The notes under the pieces: generated by a model
Told to the model about the DNA's origin: nothing
The model's input: the letters and a program-made list of their open reading frames with translations, nothing else
The model's database searches: none
Shown here: positions 62,063 through 64,000 of the stretch, in pieces
Layout: each line of letters begins with the position of its first letter
Position numbering within the stretch: the first letter of the stretch is position 1
Assembly: GCF_006345805.1 (NCBI RefSeq)
Contig: NC_043023.1
Coordinates: 13,640,001-13,704,000, forward strand
Source: Octopus sinensis
Taxonomy: Eukaryota
Length of the DNA stretch: 64,000 nucleotides
Reading direction: 5' to 3'
Made by a program: the position numbers and the translations under genes

Positions 62063-64000
62063 ACTTTACCTTTCATTGTTGTGGGGTTGATAAAATATAG
62101 CAGTGATATACTGGGGTAGATTTAATATTCCTATAAAACACCCAAGGTGTCAATGGAATTATAATAGAAGACTAATACTAACTTTACCTTTCATTGTTGT
62201 GGGGTTGATAAAATAAAGTAGCAGTGATATACTGGGGTAGATTTAATATTCCTATAAAACATCCAAGATGTAATGGAATTATAATAGAAGACTAACACTA
62301 ACTTTACCTTTCATTGTTGTGGGGTGATAAAATAAAGTTGCAGTGATATACTGGGGTAGATTTAATATTCCTATAAAAATCCAAGATGTCAATGGAATTA
62401 TAATAGAAGACTAACACTAACTTACCTTTCATTGTTGTGGGGTTGATAAAATAAAGTTGCAGTGATATACTGGGGTAGATTTAATATTCCTATAAAACAT
62501 CAAGATGTCAATGGAATTATAATAGAAGACTAACACTAACTTACCTTTCATTGTTGTGGGGTTGATAAAATAAAGTAGCAGTGATATACTGGGGTAGATT
62601 TAATATTCCTATAAAACATCCAAGATGTCAATGGAATATAATAGAAGACTGACACTAACTTTACCTTTCATTGTTGTGGGGTTGATAAAATAAAGTGCAG
62701 TGATATACTGGGGTAGATTTAATATTCCATAAAACATCCAAGATGTCAATGGAATTATAATAGAAGACTAACACTAACTTTACCTTTCATTGTTGTGGGG
62801 TTGATAAAAAAAGTAGCAGTGATATACTGGGGTAGATTTAATATTCCTATAAAACATCCAAGATGTCAATGGAATTATAATAGAAGACTAACACTAACTT
62901 TACTTTCATTGTTGTGGGGTTGATAAAATAAAGTAGCAGTGATATACTGGGGTTAGATTTAATATTCCTATAAAACATCCAAGATGTCAATGGAATTATA
63001 ATAGAAGACTAACACTAACTTTACCTTTCATTGTTGTGGGGTTGATAAAATAAAGTAGCAGTGATATACTGGGGTTAGATTTAATATTCCTATAAAACAT
63101 TCAAGATGTCAATGGAATTATAATAGAAGACTGACACTAACTTTACCTTTCATTGTTGTGGGGTTGATAAAATAAAGTAGCAGTGATATACTGGGGTAGA
63201 TTTAATATTCCTATAAAACATCCAAGATGTCAATGGAATTATAATAGAAGACTGACACTAACTTTACCTTTCATTGTTGTGGGGTTGATAAAATAAAGTA
63301 GCAGTGATATACTGGGGTAGATTTAATATTCTATAAAACATCAAGATGTCAATGGAATTATAATAGAAGACGACACTAACTTTACCTTTCATTGTTGTGG
63401 GGTTGATAAAATAAAGTAGCAGTGATATACTGGGGTAGATTTAATATTCCTATAAAACATCCAAGATGTCAATGGAATTATAATAGAAGACTGACACTAA
63501 CTTTACCTTTCATTGTTGTGGGGTTGATAAAATAAAGTAGCAGTGATATACTGGGGTAGATTTAATATTCCTATAAAACATTCAAGATGTCAATGGAATT
63601 ATAATAGAAGACTGACACTAACTTACCTTTCATTGTTGTGGGGTGATAAAATAAAGTAGCAGTGATATACTGGGGTAGATTTAATATTCCTATAAAACAT
63701 TCAAGATGTCATGGAATTATAATAGAAGACTGACACTAACTTTACCTTTCATTGTTGTGGGGTTGATAAAATAAAGTAGCAGTGATATACTGGGGTAGAT
63801 TTAATATTCCTATAAAACATCCAAGATGTCAATGGAATTATAATAGAAGACTGACACTAACTTTACCTTTCATTGTTGTGGGGTTGATAAAATAAAGTAG
63901 CAGTGATATACTGGGGTAGATTTAATATTCCTATAAAACATCCAAGATGTCAATGGAATTATAATAGAAGACTGACACTAACTTACCTTTCATTGTTGTG
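62063..64000 (+). repeat. ~120-bp satellite, at least 16 copies, running off the window
   Basis: (ctttacctttcattgttgtggggttgataaaataaagtagcagtgatatactggggtagat...gacactaa)n. Confidence 0.97.

Overview
AT-rich, microsatellite- and SINE-dense animal genomic DNA. The repeat families look cephalopod (Octopus-like); this is an inference from recognition, not a search result. Nearly all ORFs in the six-frame track are simple-repeat artefacts. Three spliced genes can be reconstructed by hand. (1) The 3' end of a + strand gene whose last exon (3876-4019) encodes a C-terminal transmembrane anchor. (2) A - strand, 14-exon, 5'-incomplete PLP-dependent class-V aminotransferase / cysteine-desulfurase-like gene (44075->15040, 741 aa visible). 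All its introns are GT-AG and phase-consistent, it has the SPHK lysine and RGGCACAGPY motifs, and it ends in a long His/Cys/Gly/Asp/Asn-rich tail. (3) A + strand multi-RRM gene (52633->61975, incomplete at both ends) built from a repeated two-exon RRM module. The missing 5' ends of genes 2 and 3 both point toward a 100-N gap at 44615-44714. The remainder is mobile and repetitive DNA: about five SINE families, CR1-like and RTE-like LINE 3' fragments, Penelope-like pieces with minimal hammerhead motifs, five non-autonomous Helitrons, TTAA MITEs, a fold-back DD41D (rosa) mariner derivative, a Tigger fragment, several long palindromes, and satellites that visibly derive from mobile elements. I found no convincing wholly new system; the best leads are listed as findings.
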